21,354 bases of DNA from an uncultured Deinococcales bacterium (GTDB lineage Bacteria > Deinococcota > Deinococci > Deinococcales > JAAFIG01): assembly GCA_964247135.1 (NCBI GenBank), contig CAXTTL010000062.1:1-21354 (forward strand). Reading direction: 5' to 3'. The notes below the pieces were generated by a model that saw only the letters and a list, made by a program, of their open reading frames with translations, was not told the origin of the DNA and searched no databases. The translations under genes were made by a program, and so were the position numbers. How positions within the stretch are numbered: position 1 is the first letter of the stretch; each line of letters starts with the position of its first letter. This document shows, piece after piece, positions 17,676 through 21,354 of the stretch.

Positions 17676-17689
17676 GCTGGACTGATCGC

Positions 17690-18985
17690 CTACATGTTTT
17701 CGATCAACGCATCACCAAACTCGCTACACTTTAACAGCGTTGCACCGTCCATCAAACGGTGGAAGTCGTAGGTCACACGTTTTTGCCCAATCGTCTTTGA
17801 CAGGCTCGAGAGAATCAAATCCGCCGCCTCGTTCCAACCAAAGAACCTGAACATCATCTCACCGCTCAAAATCACGCTCGAGGGATTGACCTTGTCCTGT
17901 CCAGCGTACTTGGGCGCTGTGCCGTGGGTCGCCTCAAAAACCGCATGACCCGAAATGTAATTGATGTTCGCGCCTGGGGCAATGCCAATGCCGCCGACCT
18001 GGGCTGCCAGCGCGTCAGAAAGGTAATCGCCGTTCAAATTCAAGGTGGCGATCACGTCGTACTCGCTTGGGCGCAGCAAAATTTGTTGCAAGAAGGCATC
18101 GGCAATCGCGTCCTTGACCAGCAACTTGCCGGACTTCAGGGCGGCATCCTGCTCGGCGTTGGCGGCTGGTTCGCCCTGCGCCTCCTTGGTGCGCTCCCAC
18201 TGCGCCCAGGTGTACACCTGATCGCCAACTTCGCGCTCCGCCAGCGCATAACCCCAGTTTTTAAAGCTACCCTCGGTGAACTTCATGATGTTGCCCTTGT
18301 GCACCAAGGTCAAATTTCGGCGTTTGTTCTCGAGCGCGTACTTCAGGGCAGCCCGCACCAGGCGTTCTGTGCCCTCAATCGAAACGGGTTTGATGCCGAT
18401 GCTCGAGGTGTCAGGGAAACGAATTTTGGTGACTTTCAGTTCCTCTTGCAAGAATTTGATGAGCTTGATGGCGTCAGGGGTTTGCGCCTGGTATTCGATG
18501 CCCGCGTAAATGTCTTCGGTGTTCTCGCGGAAGATCACCATGTCCACCAACTCGGGTTGTTTGACTGGGCTTGGCACGCCCGTGAAATACTGCACCGGAC
18601 GGATGCAGGCGTACAAATCCAGAATTTGGCGCAACGCCACGTTGATGCTGCGAATGCCACCGCCGACGGGTGTGGTCAGCGGTCCTTTGATGCCGACCAA
18701 ATACTCGCGGATCGCATCGTTGGTTTCCTCGGGCAGCCAGACGGTCTCGTTGTAGACTTCGTTGGCTTTTTCGCCCGCGTAAACTTCCACCCAGGCAATT
18801 TTTTTCTTGCCGCCATATGCCTTTTCGACGGCGGCATCCATCACGCGCACGCTGGCACGCCAGATGTCCGCACCCGTGCCGTCACCTTCGATAAATGGCA
18901 CGATGGGGTTGTTTGGAACGTTCAAAACGCCGTTCTGCATGGTGATTTTCTCGCCAGCAGGGATCACAATTTTCTGGTAACTCAT
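17690..18985 (-). CDS. icd: NADP-dependent isocitrate dehydrogenase (E. coli-type homodimeric)
   Basis: [63 protein letters not shown] and [18 protein letters not shown] motifs. GGAGG SD. Confidence 0.97.
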   Translation of the reverse strand: MSYQKIVIPAGEKITMQNGVLNVPNNPIVPFIEGDGTGADIWRASVRVMDAAVEKAYGGKKKIAWVEVYAGEKANEVYNETVWLPEETNDAIREYLVGIKGPLTTPVGGGIRSINVALRQILDLYACIRPVQYFTGVPSPVKQPELVDMVIFRENTEDIYAGIEYQAQTPDAIKLIKFLQEELKVTKIRFPDTSSIGIKPVSIEGTERLVRAALKYALENKRRNLTLVHKGNIMKFTEGSFKNWGYALAEREVGDQVYTWAQWERTKEAQGEPAANAEQDAALKSGKLLVKDAIADAFLQQILLRPSEYDVIATLNLNGDYLSDALAAQVGGIGIAPGANINYISGHAVFEATHGTAPKYAGQDKVNPSSVILSGEMMFRFFGWNEAADLILSSLSKTIGQKRVTYDFHRLMDGATLLKCSEFGDALIENM

Positions 18986-19078
18986 GTCGCCTCCGTTTGT
19001 AAATGCCTCAACAGGCTATCACGAGTCTCGAGGGAGCGGGATTTGAAGGCGTGACTGCTGGCGTAACACCTGGCAGCA

Positions 19079-19106
19079 CAAAACCCGCAGTTGGCTGCGG
19101 GTTTTG
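19079..19106 (-). terminator. Rho-independent terminator after the lipoprotein gene
   Basis: Perfect 12-bp stem CAAAACCCGCAG-ttgg-CTGCGGGTTTTG, 13 nt after the stop. Confidence 0.75.
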
Positions 19107-19119
19107 CTTGAAGGATCGC

Positions 19120-19638
19120 TTAACTTGCTGGTTGGGTGATTTTGACATCCAAGACAATCGGCAACGGCGAACCGTTATCGCCGGACACCAACATCAAGAC
19201 CGTGTAGTTGCCGACGGGGGTTGCGGGCGGAGCTTTCACCAACCAAGTTAGGCTCATGCTGTCAAGTAAGCGGTAGGTCGTCGATCCAACTTCGGTGATT
19301 CTACGCGAAGCCTCTTGTCCAACAAGTTCAACCCTCCAGCCTGTCGGTGTTTTGATGTCCTGAACTTTAAGCCAGTTGACGCTGCGGGATTTCACCGTGC
19401 CAACGCTGATGTCTGACTGAGAAGTAAACAATGGATCAAGCACCTCGTCCCGATTGCTCAGGCTGACCAGTCCAATGTAGCCAATGGTTTTGACAAACCA
19501 TTCCGGTCCTGCGGTGATGCTGGCAGAATCGCTGTCTCGAGCGTCAATTGGTGTGTATCTCGAGCTTCCTGGAACACTGGGGGCGCAGGCGCTGAAAAGA
19601 AAGCTGACGAAAACCAATAATCCCAAAAACTTCTTCAT
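19120..19638 (-). CDS. Hypothetical lipoprotein
   Basis: Signal peptide MKKFLGLLVFVSFLFSA-C with a lipobox, GAGGAG SD and its own terminator. The beta-rich C-terminus (APPATPVGNYTVLMLV) is reminiscent of Ig-like folds. Confidence 0.75.
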   Translation of the reverse strand: MKKFLGLLVFVSFLFSACAPSVPGSSRYTPIDARDSDSASITAGPEWFVKTIGYIGLVSLSNRDEVLDPLFTSQSDISVGTVKSRSVNWLKVQDIKTPTGWRVELVGQEASRRITEVGSTTYRLLDSMSLTWLVKAPPATPVGNYTVLMLVSGDNGSPLPIVLDVKITQPAS

Positions 19639-19724
19639 GAATGCTCCTCATCCTGACACCATTCTTCGGCGTCAGGCTACCATACCTTTACGGGCAAGTA
19701 TCGCTCAAAGTTCCAGCTCGAGCG

Positions 19725-20219
19725 TCAGGTTGCAAGATTTGATTGCAACCTGAATTTGGCAATCTTATAGATTTCCTCGAGTGCCGTAACAATCTCGAGT
19801 TCAACAGAATTCTCGAGCCGAATCACAAATTGCTCGAGAACACTTGCTCGGGTGTGATTGCGCACGGCGATGATGAACGGAAAGCCAAATTTTTCGCGGT
19901 ATGCACTGTTCAAACTCGAGAAGCGCTCGAATTCGGTTGGGCTGAGACGGTCAAGCCCAAGTCCTGCCTGTTCTGAAACGCTCTGCTCGCTCATCTTCAA
20001 TTTTGCGCCCAAATCTGGATGGGCGCGAATCAAGTTCAGTTGCGTCTCGAGTGGAGCCGTTTTGACCGCGTTCACCATTGCGGTGTGAAGATTTTCCAAA
20101 CTCGAGAATGGACGTCCTGAAATGACATGTTCAGCCACCCAAGGCGAGTGCTCAAAGATTGCGGCGAGGCTCGAGATAAATTCAGTTTCAGGCATGTGAT
20201 TGAGTTGATCCAAGGTCAT
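19725..20219 (-). CDS. uraD: OHCU (2-oxo-4-hydroxy-4-carboxy-5-ureidoimidazoline) decarboxylase
   Basis: IFEHSPWVAE, LIRAHPDLG, SVSEQAGLGL, LNSAYREKFGFPFIIAV and EIYKIAKFRL motifs. The ATG at 20219 is 2 nt after the upstream TGA. Confidence 0.92.
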   Translation of the reverse strand: MTLDQLNHMPETEFISSLAAIFEHSPWVAEHVISGRPFSSLENLHTAMVNAVKTAPLETQLNLIRAHPDLGAKLKMSEQSVSEQAGLGLDRLSPTEFERFSSLNSAYREKFGFPFIIAVRNHTRASVLEQFVIRLENSVELEIVTALEEIYKIAKFRLQSNLAT

Positions 20220-20221
20220 GC

Positions 20222-21205
20222 TCACCACAAATCATGCACCAAAGCTTTGAGTCTCGAGTCGTAAATCGCTTTGACTTTTTGCATGGTGTCACTCGAGAGG
20301 GCTGGCATGTTGGCGGCGTGGGCGTTGCTTTCAACTTGCACGGTGGTTTTCGCACCTGGAATCGCGCAACTTATTTCAGGAAACATCAGAATCCAACGCA
20401 GTGCCAGTTGCGCCAACGTGTAACCTTCGGGCACAAGCGCTTTCAATTCTTCGACCGCCTCGAGCGCCACGTCGTAATCGACGCCAGAAAAGGTTTCGCC
20501 TTTGTCAAAATGCTCACCGTGGCGGTTGAAAGCGCGGTGGTCGTCGGGCGCGAAGCTCGAGGTTTTGGAGAGTTTGCCGGTCAGCATTCCACTGGCGAGC
20601 GGAACCCTCGCCAAAATACCAACTTTTGCCTCTCGAGCGGCGGCAAAGAAGGTTGAAGTGGGTTTGAGCCTGAACATGTTGAAAATGATTTGCACAGTTT
20701 TGACGTTTTCGTGTTGAATGCCGCGCAGGGCTTCGGCAACGGTTTCGACGCTGATGCCGTAGTGCTTAATCATCCCAAGATTTACCATTTCGTCCAGAAT
20801 CGCAAACACGGCATCCGATTCGTAAACGTCAGGCGACGGGCAGTGGAGTTGCAGTAAATCCAAGCTCTCAACCTCGAGGTTTTTCAGGCTGCGAGCCACC
20901 CAGGCGTGAAGGTTTTCTTTGGTGTAACCCTCGAGCGTTTGTTTGGGCAGCCTGCGCCCCGCTTTGGTCGCCACAAAAAACGGTTCTGGTCGTTCGCGGC
21001 GCAATTGGGCGATTAAACGTTCGGAGCGTCCGTCGCCGTAGACGTCGGCGGTGTCAAAAAAGTTAATTCCAAGGTCGAGCGCCTTGTGCAAACTCGCCAT
21101 CGAGTCGCGGTCATCGACGGTGCCCCACGTGCCACCGATTGCCCAAGCGCCGTAACTGATGCTCGAGACTTTTAATCCTGTTTTTCCCAATTCGCGGTAT
21201 TCCAT
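20222..21205 (-). CDS. Aldo/keto reductase
   Basis: LGKTGLKVS, FFDTADVYGDGRSE, VATKAG, DLLQLH, RVPLASGML and AIPGAK motifs (catalytic D/Y/K/H tetrad). AGGAG SD. Confidence 0.93.
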   Translation of the reverse strand: MEYRELGKTGLKVSSISYGAWAIGGTWGTVDDRDSMASLHKALDLGINFFDTADVYGDGRSERLIAQLRRERPEPFFVATKAGRRLPKQTLEGYTKENLHAWVARSLKNLEVESLDLLQLHCPSPDVYESDAVFAILDEMVNLGMIKHYGISVETVAEALRGIQHENVKTVQIIFNMFRLKPTSTFFAAAREAKVGILARVPLASGMLTGKLSKTSSFAPDDHRAFNRHGEHFDKGETFSGVDYDVALEAVEELKALVPEGYTLAQLALRWILMFPEISCAIPGAKTTVQVESNAHAANMPALSSDTMQKVKAIYDSRLKALVHDLW

Positions 21206-21354
21206 GAGTTCTCCTGTAACGCTCGAGTTATCGTATCAGTGTTTGTTCAACTTGTTTTTTGCAAGCTAAAAACACTTGCGCCAAACGCAATCTGATCGCC
21301 GGCGTGAAGCATGATTTTGGTGTTGGTTTGAATTCGGTGCTTGTTGACGCTCGT

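Larger units (their letters stand above)
20..21227. repeat. Highly iterated palindrome CTCGAG dispersed through the window
   Basis: About 148 copies by manual count (roughly 1 per 145 bp), against about 6 expected from base composition. Confidence 0.95.

Noticed and set aside
17924-19054. 376-aa + strand ORF
   Set aside because: It is the antisense shadow of the conserved, codon-biased icd gene and has no recognisable motifs.
20-21227. CTCGAG abundance as a cloning or XhoI-ligation artefact
   Set aside because: The sites sit in frame inside intact, conserved genes without breaking homology, so they are native.

Overview
A gene-dense bacterial chromosomal window of roughly 53-55% GC (estimated by eye). 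It most likely comes from Deinococcota/Deinococcales, judging from a cystathionine-gamma-lyase-like/HRDC fusion, csaB and leaderless-type promoters. The + strand carries the 3' part of the HRDC fusion gene and csaB. The - strand, in transcription order, carries an aldo/keto reductase, uraD, a lipoprotein, icd, a STAND ATPase-TPR-LuxR regulator, a Liv/HAAT-type ABC importer operon with two embedded acyl-CoA ligase-like genes, a PhyH-family dioxygenase, a GH36 alpha-galactosidase split by one in-frame TAG, an AT-rich orphan membrane ORF and a metallophosphoesterase. The most striking non-genic signal is extreme iteration of the palindrome CTCGAG. I counted about 148 copies by hand against about 6 expected. 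It occurs in all codon frames, overlaps Shine-Dalgarno sequences and forms a terminator stem, behaving like a cyanobacterial HIP1-type or uptake-sequence-type genome signature. Four intergenic spacers carry GTAG-type REP/REPIN palindromes. No rRNA, tRNA, CRISPR array or transposase was recognised.
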